Of a stretch of 64,000 nt of DNA, positions 18,341-28,922 are shown piece by piece. The DNA is from a virus. Positions within the stretch are counted from its first letter, which is position 1, and each line of letters starts with the position of its first letter. The stretch lies in the IMG/VR virus record IMGVR_UViG_3300045988_180190; one strand, written 5' to 3'. The notes beneath the pieces are model-generated. The model was given only the letters and a program-made list of their open reading frames with translations, searched no databases and was not told where the DNA came from. The position numbers were made by a program, and so were the translations under genes.

Positions 18341-20746
18341 CTACAAATTATCGGGGATAAAAACGCAATATTGATTTTCACACTGGCTTGAGCATTCGCC
18401 ATCAAGAGTTATAGATAAAGACGAACCTCCGCCTCCACCCATCCAGTCTGCACACATACAAACCGCCATAGCATTATGAGCAATGACCGCCTGCCTATCT
18501 GCATTTGTTGGTGTATCCGCAAAATACGTATTAGCTGGTATTTCAGGTGGATTTATATTATTAGAAAAAGGTACACAGCTTCCAATTTTTACAGAACAGT
18601 CCTCCTCGTAAATTGTAATATTTCCATACAAGCAACTAATGCTAGATCTGGCTTGAGCTAGAGCCTGCTCGTTTACAAGTCCTTGAATATCCGAGGGAGT
18701 CATCACGGAACCTTCATCTATTGTATCCTGGTAAAGTTCTATAAAAGATTTTGCCGCAACTGACGCAGAAACAATACCTACACTTTCATCTGCAAGACGC
18801 TCGGTAATTTGAGAGTAACCGCCTGTGTTCTGTTGGGAGTTAAACGGATATCCTTCTGACTCAACGGAAGTTATGGAACACTGATCTGAACTTGAAGTAA
18901 AGTTATACTTGGCAGATATTGGACTATCCGCATTGTGAACACATGCGGAGGAAGAATAGCTATTAGCTCCTTCTCCGGTGGGATAATTCGCTATGCCCAT
19001 TGGATAACATTGCCATGGGTCATATGTAACGGATACGTTCTCAGTGGGACCTTTAACTTTCTGATCCTGCGGATAATCATGCTCCCAAAGAAATACGCCG
19101 TCCGGATAAAATGATCTGCGATACTGCAATCCCGCATCGGAGAGATAATCCTGAACGCTCATTGCTAGCTTAAGTTGGCTGTCTGGAACGTCGGTATTCA
19201 CTGCTTTTGCTATAATAAGATTATTAGCATTATTAGTGATATAAAATCTAAAGTAGTTTGTGGTGTCCCCTATGTTCTCGGTATCCCTAAATATTATAAC
19301 GTCACCAGAATTCTCTGCGGCTGTCTGTGCTGTTAATTTATCGCAATATAGGTTAATCGTATTATTATAAATTCCGCAATTATATGAGGTATAAGCACTC
19401 TTTCTTTGGTCAATCTGTTCGTATATATTATTATAAATAGTCCGAGCACTACTGTTGGATAACTCAAAATTTAATATATATGAATGTTTTCCAGAAGAAA
19501 CCGGACTAGAAGGTGTCAGTGTCATGTCAGATGTATTTTCGGATATGACAAAGATATTTGAATCTATTGTAGAATTTATATCATCATCTATCATAGACTC
19601 ATAACCCGTAGGGCAACTTATAGATAACGCAGTATTTCCGTAGTTACAAGTAGAAGCACTTTGTAGTGCTGTCTTGGCTTGCTGATTTACCGAAGTTAAT
19701 AAGTCGTAGGCAAGCTCTTTTAATTTTGTCTCAATTTCAGAGGTATCCCCATATAATTTTAAATTCCAGTTTTGATTCACAAAAAAAGCACTATAGAAAG
19801 TCGATAGGTTCTTAACAAAACTTCCTATAGGCATTATTTGGGGATCTCCTAAAACATTTTGAACTAAATTACCTTGATTTATTGAATCAGGCAAAGAACC
19901 ACAGGAAACTTCATATCTTTCATTACCATAAGTACAAGATAGCCCACTTACGGCTCTTGCAAATAATTGAGATTTTAATGATTTATCGTAGGAATTAAAA
20001 TTATTATTAGCTGTCCTTATATTTCCTTGGGCAGTTACTTCAAGATCATCTGAGTTAAAATTAACTGTAATATCTCCTTCAGGAATAATGGATTTCCTGG
20101 AACCTATGGTCAAAGATTCTAGATCAATCGAAGTCTGATCTTCTTCTGACTGCGCCTCAGAGGGACACTCTAACTCGTATGGGTTGTTCTCATAACCGCA
20201 GACTATCTGAGATAGAGCAAGTTCTTTAGCAAGAATATTCATTTCCAGCTGGGTTGATTCCTGGCGGGAACTGGTTGGATTTCTAAGCGTAGTAATAAAT
20301 GTTCCCTTCCCTATGGTTACGCTATCATTCAAAAATCCATAATATTTCGTGTCCGCTTGGCTAAAATAATCATCATAAGCTTCTTTGCATGTTATAGTTA
20401 TTTCATCATTCCCTACTGGAACTATAACATCTGGTTTAATATTAACCTCCGGTGTGGCATCCGGTACAACTAACCCTGTATCATCCAATACACAAGGATT
20501 ATATGGATTTGGATCACAAGAATTATTCTTTCTTAATGCGCGAAATTCTTCTATAATCTTTTTCACCTTAGACCTTGGATAATTACCTGAAGGTGAAATA
20601 GCTGAGTCTATACCACAATCATTTAAAGCTTCTGTCTTTTCAGACAGAGTGGTGAGGTATTTTAAATGCTTATTAGATTCAGATTTTAAGGTGTTATCTG
20701 AATCATTAAGATTTCCGTTTTGATTTACATTAAAACTCTTTGCCAT
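18341..20746 (-). CDS. large structural protein with five C-x-Y-G-N..C repeats
   Basis: 801 aa. Repeats: IVCGYENNPYELEC, LSCTYGNERYEVSC, STCNYGNTALSISC, YNCGIYNNTINLYC, ISCLYGNITIYEEDC. Confidence 0.65.
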   Translation of the reverse strand: MAKSFNVNQNGNLNDSDNTLKSESNKHLKYLTTLSEKTEALNDCGIDSAISPSGNYPRSKVKKIIEEFRALRKNNSCDPNPYNPCVLDDTGLVVPDATPEVNIKPDVIVPVGNDEITITCKEAYDDYFSQADTKYYGFLNDSVTIGKGTFITTLRNPTSSRQESTQLEMNILAKELALSQIVCGYENNPYELECPSEAQSEEDQTSIDLESLTIGSRKSIIPEGDITVNFNSDDLEVTAQGNIRTANNNFNSYDKSLKSQLFARAVSGLSCTYGNERYEVSCGSLPDSINQGNLVQNVLGDPQIMPIGSFVKNLSTFYSAFFVNQNWNLKLYGDTSEIETKLKELAYDLLTSVNQQAKTALQSASTCNYGNTALSISCPTGYESMIDDDINSTIDSNIFVISENTSDMTLTPSSPVSSGKHSYILNFELSNSSARTIYNNIYEQIDQRKSAYTSYNCGIYNNTINLYCDKLTAQTAAENSGDVIIFRDTENIGDTTNYFRFYITNNANNLIIAKAVNTDVPDSQLKLAMSVQDYLSDAGLQYRRSFYPDGVFLWEHDYPQDQKVKGPTENVSVTYDPWQCYPMGIANYPTGEGANSYSSSACVHNADSPISAKYNFTSSSDQCSITSVESEGYPFNSQQNTGGYSQITERLADESVGIVSASVAAKSFIELYQDTIDEGSVMTPSDIQGLVNEQALAQARSSISCLYGNITIYEEDCSVKIGSCVPFSNNINPPEIPANTYFADTPTNADRQAVIAHNAMAVCMCADWMGGGGGSSLSITLDGECSSQCENQYCVFIPDNL

Positions 20747-20817
20747 GTAACAAAAAAATAAAGGTGGTATTATATCTCATACACTACCCAAAAACTCAAT
20801 CGCCCACTTGTCAACTC

Positions 20818-22269
20818 TTAAATTTCTACTCGTGTAAATCCAAGTTCTGTACTTAAATTTCCAGCCGACAAATTATGGCTTACAGTAGATAATATACCTT
20901 TAAACAATTTTCCTCCTCCCCGAGCACTGACTTGCACGAAATCTCCAATATCTGCATCTATATTTGACATAAATGGGCACACAAGCCCCGCAACCGAGGT
21001 GGAATACTTATGCTTAAAAAATTCCTGTCTAGCTAAATACGATAAAGTTTCATTGCTGGATTTTATATTTTTCTCTGCTTGTTTTATTGCTTTATTAGCT
21101 GTCTCGATTGTTTGACTAGGGTTCCTTGCTGCATCTGGATCTGTGGTAGTATTGCTATCTACTCCTACAGTATACCCCACAGAAAACCATCCCGGAGCCT
21201 CTAAGTTATATACCCTTCCTAATTTTTCTTCTGCCTTTTCCGGATAGCTGGCTGAAATCCAAGTAGTATAACCGTTTGTAATTTTATTTTGTTCAACAAT
21301 AACAGGTGACTCAGCTACGACAATGGTTGGAGGAAGATCATTACCCAAAGCACGCCCAACGGATAATTTTGCGGTAGTAACTGGTAATGACAATTCAGTT
21401 TGGTCACTTCCTTCATAGTCCCAACTCTTAAATATTCCCATATCCCCTGTTTTATGATTTGGAATATACCACAATAAGAATTCAGAGGATAGTTGATTTA
21501 ATAATTTCGAAAAAATTCCTCCACCCCTATCAAATATACAACTTGCTATCGTATTATCTATTGCGCGACTAACAGTATCATTTATATTAGCATTTCCGTT
21601 TAATATTGCAGTAGTGTCGTCGCTTTGGGTTAAAAATTGTCTAGCATATCTAAAAAAAGAATCATTAATACCCTTCTGGGATTCTAATGCAGCTAAAGTT
21701 CCGTTAGATAATCCCACTGAGGATATTTGATATTGATTCTTCGCGTTTGACACCAGATCCAAGACACGCTTCGCCACGGAAGCATTATTCCCTCCTGTAT
21801 TTTTTAGCTGCCACACCCAAAAGTGATCTTGAGACTTAGAACCTTTATAGTCTGAAGCTATATTGTACATTTCTTGATTCAAATCTATAAATTTCATGTA
21901 CAGAGAAGGGTCCACTAAGTCTACTAGAATATCCGGGCTGGTTGCAGATATCGAAGCTATTAAGCCTCCTGAAGTTGAAGCTACAATATCACAAGAGGTG
22001 ACTACAAGTTTTGAATAAGAAATTTCACTTGACTCCCCATCGTACATACTCAATTGCAAATCACCCACTGAAGGATCCTCAAAAATCTTAGACTGCATCG
22101 TTTTACCTAAGTCCATAATATCCTTAGTAGTGAGTATGCTACCGTCAGTGTCCCCGGAACACACTGTTGCAGTCACTGCAATTGGGCGGTTAAGAATGCA
22201 ACTTACACTTGCGGATACACACTTATATCCGTTTACTGTTACAGTAGGCTTACGTAAAATCTCTTCCAT
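20818..22269 (-). CDS. hypothetical tail protein (hub position downstream of tape-measure candidate)
   Basis: 483 aa counted from the ATG at 22269 (MEEILRKPTVTVNGYKC), 5 nt after the upstream stop. Function assigned by position only. Confidence 0.5.
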   Translation of the reverse strand: MEEILRKPTVTVNGYKCVSASVSCILNRPIAVTATVCSGDTDGSILTTKDIMDLGKTMQSKIFEDPSVGDLQLSMYDGESSEISYSKLVVTSCDIVASTSGGLIASISATSPDILVDLVDPSLYMKFIDLNQEMYNIASDYKGSKSQDHFWVWQLKNTGGNNASVAKRVLDLVSNAKNQYQISSVGLSNGTLAALESQKGINDSFFRYARQFLTQSDDTTAILNGNANINDTVSRAIDNTIASCIFDRGGGIFSKLLNQLSSEFLLWYIPNHKTGDMGIFKSWDYEGSDQTELSLPVTTAKLSVGRALGNDLPPTIVVAESPVIVEQNKITNGYTTWISASYPEKAEEKLGRVYNLEAPGWFSVGYTVGVDSNTTTDPDAARNPSQTIETANKAIKQAEKNIKSSNETLSYLARQEFFKHKYSTSVAGLVCPFMSNIDADIGDFVQVSARGGGKLFKGILSTVSHNLSAGNLSTELGFTRVEI

Positions 22270-22274
22270 GAAAT

Positions 22275-22715
22275 CTAATCTTCGGTATAAAATTTTGTCT
22301 GTAATGCCACCGATAGAAGGACCCAGCACAACTTTTCTTCAAATGTATCAGCAGCTATATAATCTGAAAAATATCCGGCTTCCGATAATACCTCGCGTAG
22401 TGCCTTAGCGTCAATCCCTTCGAGAATTTGTCTTGGTGTTTTAATGGTATCCAACTGTCCATTAGAAGCAAAAGGGATCAAAGCTGGGATATAAGTTTTA
22501 TTTTGCCAGTTAATTGGATCTAATTTTTCCTCTATCCACGGAAATGCGTTCATATAGGATATATACATTCTATTGTATATATCGTTATTAGTATTTAATT
22601 CCTTAAAAACAATACCTAAGCTAGAACCTTCTTCGGGCAACTGCGTGTTATTAAGTACGACATTGTCCCCCATGAAATCCTTTGTGGATATATTATGAAA
22701 AAATACGTTAATCAT
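22275..22715 (-). CDS. hypothetical protein
   Basis: 146-aa ORF in the operon. Confidence 0.55.
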   Translation of the reverse strand: MINVFFHNISTKDFMGDNVVLNNTQLPEEGSSLGIVFKELNTNNDIYNRMYISYMNAFPWIEEKLDPINWQNKTYIPALIPFASNGQLDTIKTPRQILEGIDAKALREVLSEAGYFSDYIAADTFEEKLCWVLLSVALQTKFYTED

Positions 22716-22719
22716 AGAA

Positions 22720-23160
22720 TTAATCTAAACTTATACCGGATAAAGAGAAAGTCAAAATATTAAATTTATCGTCTACGCCAGTTATGCCATAACCAGTTAA
22801 TAAAAATTTATGTGTACCATCCCCTCTTGTGGATAAAGTAATTGGTTTACCCAGTTGAGAAAATCTATTTTCGTTAAAGTAACTCTGTATAGTACCTTCG
22901 GTTTTGGCAGGGGAAGTTACCGGACCTAATAATGCAAGTCCATCTACGTGCGTTTGCCCAAATGCCTTTCCAGTTGCCGAGGCTATTCTGATATCGTTAA
23001 AGCATAAATTGGTAGCAACATTATCCGTACCCTGGGTATTTGCACCTACAATAAACAATCCTTTTCCAGATATCGATGGATTTAATTGATAATACGCGCT
23101 ACCACCGGATTTATAAATCAAGTAGTAGCATCCTTTTGTTCCAAAAAAACTTCTTGCCAT
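22720..23160 (-). CDS. hypothetical protein
   Basis: 146-aa ORF immediately downstream of the tape-measure candidate. Confidence 0.55.
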   Translation of the reverse strand: MARSFFGTKGCYYLIYKSGGSAYYQLNPSISGKGLFIVGANTQGTDNVATNLCFNDIRIASATGKAFGQTHVDGLALLGPVTSPAKTEGTIQSYFNENRFSQLGKPITLSTRGDGTHKFLLTGYGITGVDDKFNILTFSLSGISLD

Positions 23161-23179
23161 AAATATAAGTCTTTAAATA

Positions 23180-25120
23180 TTACTTTCCTGCATTCTGATT
23201 TTGTTCTTTGTTCGAAAGAGTAGCATTGCCGTTGTTATTAGTGAAATAATTATATATTTTATCAATTAAATTCACAAGTTTTTGCAATACATCCACCAAA
23301 CCAGGCTGTTCTTCCTTTTTCTCCGTCTCTTGGGATTTATTATAGTTTTCTACTGCTTTTTGATCCATAGAATGGGTGATTCCATAGCGGTCAAGGAAGT
23401 AATCTCTGCCATCCTCTCCAGATATCTTTATTTGATCAACATCTTTAAATGCTTCAGATTCAAATAATTTATACATCTTTTGCTCGTCATACCCCATTTT
23501 CTTAAGAGCCTCAGGGATATAATCTTTTTCTTCTTGCATTAAACCAGTACCTGCTTCTACATTATAGTCATATAGATTTTTAAAGTCTTCCGCTGACATG
23601 ATATCAAGTTTTGATACCTGTTTTGCACCTAGCACATTCATAATCGCGGCATTTTCTCGCGTTTTACGCTCACGTTGCTGCGATGATTTACTAAGTGTTC
23701 TTAATTGAGAGGCAATACCTGGGTCCACCATTTCCAGAAACTTATACTCGTCTTCCGAAGCTGTTCCCGCATAAACCTTTTCAGCTATACCCACTATTTC
23801 TTTACCTTGCTTTTCCCCATAATCTTGAATGGCATTAATCGCTAAACCTTCCATTAATTGATTCTTAATGGCTTGATCTTTTGTTCTGTTAACGACATCA
23901 CCGAATCGGGTAGAGGCAGCCTGGCTCGCAAGTTTGGAGGGATCCTGGGAACCTCTTGCCATCAATCCTCGTTGTATTCTTGCAAAATCCTCATAGTTGT
24001 TCCCCAATATATCTCTTAAATTATTTTCTGTGAGATTACCATTAACCATTAACTGGTTAATTTCAGCAAGTTGTTCATCACTCACAGCTCCCTTTGCAGC
24101 CATAGCTTCTAATGCAACTGCTCTAGCATTTAAAGCTATACCTCCTTGTTGCGTATCCACAACGCGTTTCATTGCCACATATTTATTTGACTCAGTAGCC
24201 GCGTTGTAGTCTACTCCCTTCGAAGACATCTCCTTGGATACGGAGAACGCAGCAGCCGTGGCATCCCTGGCATACATAGACGCAACATTAGCATCGTAAC
24301 CGGCAGCCATTAAATTTTGTATCTGCCCATTGGCATGTGATACAGCACTTTGAATATCTGCCATCTCAAGACCATCAGCCACTAGCTTAGATATGTATGA
24401 CTTAAATGTTTTCGCAGCTTCCTCAAAGTTTTTGCCTTTGCCACCTCCCAGTATGGATACCTGATTGAGAATTGCGTAAACATCATCACCCATTCCAAGT
24501 ATATTCTTCCCTATGGACAAAGTCTCCATAGCGGCTTCCATAACCTGCCCGCTTTTATCTTTTATGCCTTCTACATTTGTTACTTCTTCGCTGCTAATAG
24601 CCCCAGACTGATTTAGCCAGTTAGCAGCTAGAAACACATGAGATTGATTTAGACCTTTTTTAAACGGAGAGGTTCCATCGGCAAAATTTTTCCAATATTC
24701 TTGCAAGTTTGTGCCCACCATAAGAGCATCTAACTCTGCTTTAGGCGTGCGAAGCATTCCATAGTCTCTGCGACCTATAATCTTTGCAGCTTCCTGCGCT
24801 ATTCTGACATCACTTCCCCCCATAAGCGACGCTATAAGTGGATTCATTGAAGCTAAATTTCCAATGGCTGACAAAGTTGGGGAATTAGATAGTCCTGATA
24901 TAGAAGCTAGAATTCCCGGACCTCCACGGCTGGAATTATCTGCCACAACTCCATTAATAGCATCTCGTATGGCTTCAGAAGCTACCGAAGACACACCAGT
25001 TGTAATAGAAGGGTCACGAAAAAAATTTGAAGCAGCCTCTAGAGCTCCCCTTATGAGTTCATCAAAATTAAAATTTTCGAATCCACCAGAACCCGAATTA
25101 CTTGTCGTTGTGTCATCCAT
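23180..25120 (-). CDS. tape measure protein candidate
   Basis: 646 aa. Ala/Gly/Ser-rich N-terminus, long helical-looking body. Located downstream of the tube and small ORFs. Composition and position only. Confidence 0.45.
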   Translation of the reverse strand: MDDTTTSNSGSGGFENFNFDELIRGALEAASNFFRDPSITTGVSSVASEAIRDAINGVVADNSSRGGPGILASISGLSNSPTLSAIGNLASMNPLIASLMGGSDVRIAQEAAKIIGRRDYGMLRTPKAELDALMVGTNLQEYWKNFADGTSPFKKGLNQSHVFLAANWLNQSGAISSEEVTNVEGIKDKSGQVMEAAMETLSIGKNILGMGDDVYAILNQVSILGGGKGKNFEEAAKTFKSYISKLVADGLEMADIQSAVSHANGQIQNLMAAGYDANVASMYARDATAAAFSVSKEMSSKGVDYNAATESNKYVAMKRVVDTQQGGIALNARAVALEAMAAKGAVSDEQLAEINQLMVNGNLTENNLRDILGNNYEDFARIQRGLMARGSQDPSKLASQAASTRFGDVVNRTKDQAIKNQLMEGLAINAIQDYGEKQGKEIVGIAEKVYAGTASEDEYKFLEMVDPGIASQLRTLSKSSQQRERKTRENAAIMNVLGAKQVSKLDIMSAEDFKNLYDYNVEAGTGLMQEEKDYIPEALKKMGYDEQKMYKLFESEAFKDVDQIKISGEDGRDYFLDRYGITHSMDQKAVENYNKSQETEKKEEQPGLVDVLQKLVNLIDKIYNYFTNNNGNATLSNKEQNQNAGK

Positions 25121-25385
25121 GCGGTACTTGTTGCGGTTTTTTCATTTTTACTAACCCTGCTTTATCTAAAGTATCAAACAGTTTAAGCATTTCATCGATC
25201 TCTGGAACTCCGGTAAGTCCTAGACGTTTGAAAATTTTATCCTTTATCTTATCATGTTTTAATGCCTCGACATTATGGGTCTTTAAATTAAAAATTGTAT
25301 CAATTTTTTTGTTAATATTAAGAATATTCTGCTGTACTTGCAAGTCTCCTGTGCTATTAGCTAAACTATTAACACCTATATCCAC
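25113..25385 (-). CDS. small hypothetical protein (tail-chaperone position)
   Basis: 90 aa. 8-nt overlap with the tape-measure candidate start. Confidence 0.45.
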   Translation of the reverse strand: MDIGVNSLANSTGDLQVQQNILNINKKIDTIFNLKTHNVEALKHDKIKDKIFKRLGLTGVPEIDEMLKLFDTLDKAGLVKMKKPQQVPHG

Positions 25386-25531
25386 GCTAACTTGATTTCC
25401 TAAAATATTAAATTGGCGTGTAAGTGCTTTAAATATAACTAAATTCTTAACAAAAGAATGCCTACTTATAATATCTGGTTTAAAGTAACCCCCTAAATAA
25501 AGTGTAAGCCAAATTCGATATTTAGGGGTAC

Positions 25532-26335
25532 TTAAAAATCTTCATTAGCAACAAATTCAGCCAATAACTGCTGCTTTTTTTCAAAAATACAAGCAGCGTC
25601 TATAATTAGAGACCAAAGTTGTTGATTAATCGAGCTTAAAGCTGCTATTCTTTGGTTGAGTACATCCACATAATCCATATAAGAGATATAATGAGAATCT
25701 ACGTCATAGAGTGGAAAATCAACTTTAAAGAACGGTTTGTAATTTAATGAAGTAAGCATAACAGCTACGTTTGACTTAAATACAAAAATACACAGCTCAT
25801 CAGGTGTCATTTCCTTACCCCTATCGGATAAAATAACTTGTTTTATATAACGAGAAATAAATTCTTGTTCGTATACATATTTTGACCTAAATGTCAGTAC
25901 AAAGTTAAGTTTTGGATAATTAATATCTAATTCAAATGGAGAATCACTCAGTAGCTTAGATATATAAATATCTTTTTCCGTATCCGATATAGTTACACGC
26001 TCCAATTTCTTAGATAATCTATCTGAATTTAAATACTGCACATTTGAAAATGCGGCATCCTTATCCATATGAAAACGATTAGCTTTTTCCCCCGCCTTTT
26101 CCGAAGCTTCTTCATTTTTTATAAGATCCTCCGCTGCGTCTCTATTCAGCTTCAGCGTATCGATATAATCCTTAGCTAGCTCCTTATCTATATTGATTTG
26201 GGTAGTATTCTCGTCTATCTGAGTAACAGTAGCCTTATCTTTCGATTGATTTTGAGTAATATAATTTACTATCTCATCTGCTGTTATATTCAGATTATCG
26301 TTTGTATCTTGTTGTATTTTAATGTTGTTTTCCAT
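25532..26335 (-). CDS. hypothetical protein
   Basis: 267-aa ORF, followed by a 9-bp hairpin (25490-25498 / 25520-25528). Confidence 0.55.
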   Translation of the reverse strand: MENNIKIQQDTNDNLNITADEIVNYITQNQSKDKATVTQIDENTTQINIDKELAKDYIDTLKLNRDAAEDLIKNEEASEKAGEKANRFHMDKDAAFSNVQYLNSDRLSKKLERVTISDTEKDIYISKLLSDSPFELDINYPKLNFVLTFRSKYVYEQEFISRYIKQVILSDRGKEMTPDELCIFVFKSNVAVMLTSLNYKPFFKVDFPLYDVDSHYISYMDYVDVLNQRIAALSSINQQLWSLIIDAACIFEKKQQLLAEFVANEDF

Positions 26336-26337
26336 AA

Positions 26338-28755
26338 TTAATTAATAAACGTGTCTGGGTTATATTGTTTTAATGAATACATTGTTTTTTCAATTTCATT
26401 GTTGTTTGTCAACAATTCTTTACCCTTATACTTTGTAGGAGAGTTTAAATCTTTATTAGTAGGTACATATGTATTTATTTTTACATTCTTACCAGGATAA
26501 GGGGTATTTCTTTCGTTTACTGAAAAATCATCTGTTAATTCTGACATGTCAAATGACTGGTATCCTTCTGCCGGAGAATCTATATATTGGTAAGTTAAAG
26601 GATTAAACAACTTATTTTCACCAGAGTCCAGCTGAGTATTATAATACATTGTGTCTCTATATACAAATTGTGCATTATATGTATTAAACCATCCGCTCTC
26701 TTGATTGGAATAAGCATATTTCTCCATTTGATCTACATCGCTAGCGTCTGAGTTACTTGTTTTCTCAAATCCTGTACCACTTGGATAATTTGCAGCATTT
26801 GGATCATAATTTACCAAGGTCTCCTGTTCAGAACCCATAACTACAGCTGGCTTACGCTGTTGTGTGTAAATTGACTTAGCATAAAATACGTTAGCCATGG
26901 ATTTAATAGCGTTTAATTTTAAAGTATATCCAATTACGCTTAATGCTTTTCCAACAACAAACTGCCCTATTCCAGAAACTAGGTCAAATAAAACATACCG
27001 ACATCTATTAGCGTAGTAATAAGCGTCAGAAAATATTGTTCCATTTGTACGCAAACTAATATCAGAACCTGTATCTTTAGTAGCACCACCGTGGGAAGTG
27101 GTTAAGATGATGCCGCTGCCATTAGCATTTTTCAAACGTTTTTCATATTCTTCATCTTCCCCTCCCGATTGATCTTTTTCCATTGCAGATTCTATTACTA
27201 TTGCCCCTTTGGAGCAAAAAGCCTCTAGCCATGTTCTAGCTTTTAATAAAATTCCCTTAAACATAGCAGATAATTCTATATTATTTCCAGCATTAGCCGT
27301 AATATCTCTTCCTGCTGACAAATTTATATTCTCTGCGGCACATAAGTTAATAGATTTTGAGGAGCTAATATTTACACTTCCCCCTGACATATGTATGGCA
27401 CTTCCGTAAGCATCATACAAAACAATAGAACCATCCTTAAATATACGAATTGTAGCATAGGACTCAAGCATCTGGTTAAATTGAGTAGTATAATTTCCAC
27501 CGGTATTACTTTTTTGGAAATTTCTGTCTTTGCAATAGGGGTCTGGAGGTGGAGATTCAGACTCACGAGGAACATCAAATACATTCGCAGCATAGAATCC
27601 GGCTAATGCGTAGTAATTGCTAAGCCATTTTGCATAGTCTGCTAATTTGTATGAAGTTTCGTATAATTCTTCACCGTCAAGAGGTGTCCAAACCTCGTAG
27701 GCATCCAGGTGGTCTTCTGTGGCAGCCTGTATAGACTCCAACCTATCCTTTGCTACAGGAACTGGTATTCTAACAGTCTTTTCAAATACAATATCACTTA
27801 TAGACTGCATTATGACGGATCCATCTTGATTTACATGAAAATTATAACGTCCTGCTTTATATTTCTCGGAGTCGGATTCCGTAACTAAATTCTTACCTGG
27901 ATCTGTAATATAAGTATGAATAAAATTACCTATCTTACCGATAAACTTAGTAAATCTCCATCTAGCATCCCACAAGAAATTACTTTCGTCTTCAGTATCT
28001 ATTTTAATATTATCTTTAGAAGTAATCTGAATTCCATCGATAGGCTCCCCCTCTTGGGAGTTTCCCAAAGCCTCATATTCATTAGAGGTCCCTTGCCATA
28101 AAACATTTAACCCACCTCCAGAATTTATTATTTTAAAGTCACCAAAAGAAGTTAGATGCTCATAATTTCGACTTAATATTCTAACTAGGTCATCAAGAAT
28201 ATAAGTTTCTATCATAGCTAATTCGGAGCCTTTCATACGACATAAATTATATAAAAATTCTACACCAGCTCCAGTTTTAGTTACATAAGATGACTCACCA
28301 TCCACTAGATTAATAGGATAAGTTCCTGTGGTGCGCAAAACGCCACGTTTATCATTTTCTTCTCTCTGTTCTAAAGCAATTCCTCCAAAATTACTTTTAT
28401 CTGAACCTGTATAGTTAGTGAATGCAAGTTTACTATCTATTTTCTGTGTAGCAGAAGGAAGAAATCCTATAACATAATTTGCCTGAGAATTATTTTTGGT
28501 GGTACAAGAAAGTACCAACACTTCTGAACCCTTTTCAGGAAAGGTCATACTGGATAACCCGAGCATTTGCGTAAACATATTAACCACAATAATAGCGGTT
28601 GTAGGTATCATTCTCTCATCTTTTACAATGACAGAATTTTGATTTGGGTTAACACTTTGAACCTTTGCGGTAAATAAGTGCGTGTTGGGGATATTGCTAT
28701 CAGAAATGCTATGATTCTGATTTGCACGTAATGGTGAATCTATAATATTTGACAT
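26338..28755 (-). CDS. central spike / baseplate V-like protein candidate
   Basis: N-terminal OB-like pattern AKVQSVNPNQNSVIVKD...FPEKGSEVLVLS...NYVIGFLPS, typical of gpV/gp5-type spikes. Repetitive SINLCAAENINLSAGRDITANAGNNIELSA beta-helix-like segment. The ATG at 28755 is preferred over the TTG at 28776. Confidence 0.5.
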   Translation of the reverse strand: MSNIIDSPLRANQNHSISDSNIPNTHLFTAKVQSVNPNQNSVIVKDERMIPTTAIIVVNMFTQMLGLSSMTFPEKGSEVLVLSCTTKNNSQANYVIGFLPSATQKIDSKLAFTNYTGSDKSNFGGIALEQREENDKRGVLRTTGTYPINLVDGESSYVTKTGAGVEFLYNLCRMKGSELAMIETYILDDLVRILSRNYEHLTSFGDFKIINSGGGLNVLWQGTSNEYEALGNSQEGEPIDGIQITSKDNIKIDTEDESNFLWDARWRFTKFIGKIGNFIHTYITDPGKNLVTESDSEKYKAGRYNFHVNQDGSVIMQSISDIVFEKTVRIPVPVAKDRLESIQAATEDHLDAYEVWTPLDGEELYETSYKLADYAKWLSNYYALAGFYAANVFDVPRESESPPPDPYCKDRNFQKSNTGGNYTTQFNQMLESYATIRIFKDGSIVLYDAYGSAIHMSGGSVNISSSKSINLCAAENINLSAGRDITANAGNNIELSAMFKGILLKARTWLEAFCSKGAIVIESAMEKDQSGGEDEEYEKRLKNANGSGIILTTSHGGATKDTGSDISLRTNGTIFSDAYYYANRCRYVLFDLVSGIGQFVVGKALSVIGYTLKLNAIKSMANVFYAKSIYTQQRKPAVVMGSEQETLVNYDPNAANYPSGTGFEKTSNSDASDVDQMEKYAYSNQESGWFNTYNAQFVYRDTMYYNTQLDSGENKLFNPLTYQYIDSPAEGYQSFDMSELTDDFSVNERNTPYPGKNVKINTYVPTNKDLNSPTKYKGKELLTNNNEIEKTMYSLKQYNPDTFIN

Positions 28756-28799
28756 ATCCGATAATCTATATAGCAATTATTATATTGCTTTAATCAATA

Positions 28800-28834
28800 T
28801 ACAAAACAACCTTGAGAAAAAAATCTCAAGGTTG
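28800..28834 (-). terminator. rho-independent terminator after the tube-candidate gene
   Basis: Stem aaccttgaga/tctcaaggtt with an A7 loop, followed by a T-rich tail on the minus strand. A second hairpin aacctt/aaggtt lies at 28836-28853. Confidence 0.6.
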
Positions 28835-28922
28835 CAACCTTTTTATCAAGGTTAATGGGGGAAAAGTGCGGTAAACAACCGGGAGAAATGGAGAAACACC
28901 CTCAAAACCCGCACTAATCCCT

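Noticed and set aside
4881-18440. Gly-runs (G6 at about 4881-4897, G8 at about 16139-16165, G5 at about 18421-18440) as phase-variable homopolymer tracts.
   Set aside because: They are encoded by mixed GGC/GGA/GGT codons (ccgcctccgcc...), not mononucleotide runs, so slipped-strand switching is unlikely.
25134-25145. ATG-AAA-AAA-CCG A-run near the end of the 90-aa ORF as a -1 slippery site fusing it to the tape-measure candidate.
   Set aside because: The run is not in X-XXY-YYZ register in the zero frame, and the downstream gene is in the +1 frame, not the -1 frame. A simple 8-nt overlap with independent initiation is the more economical explanation.
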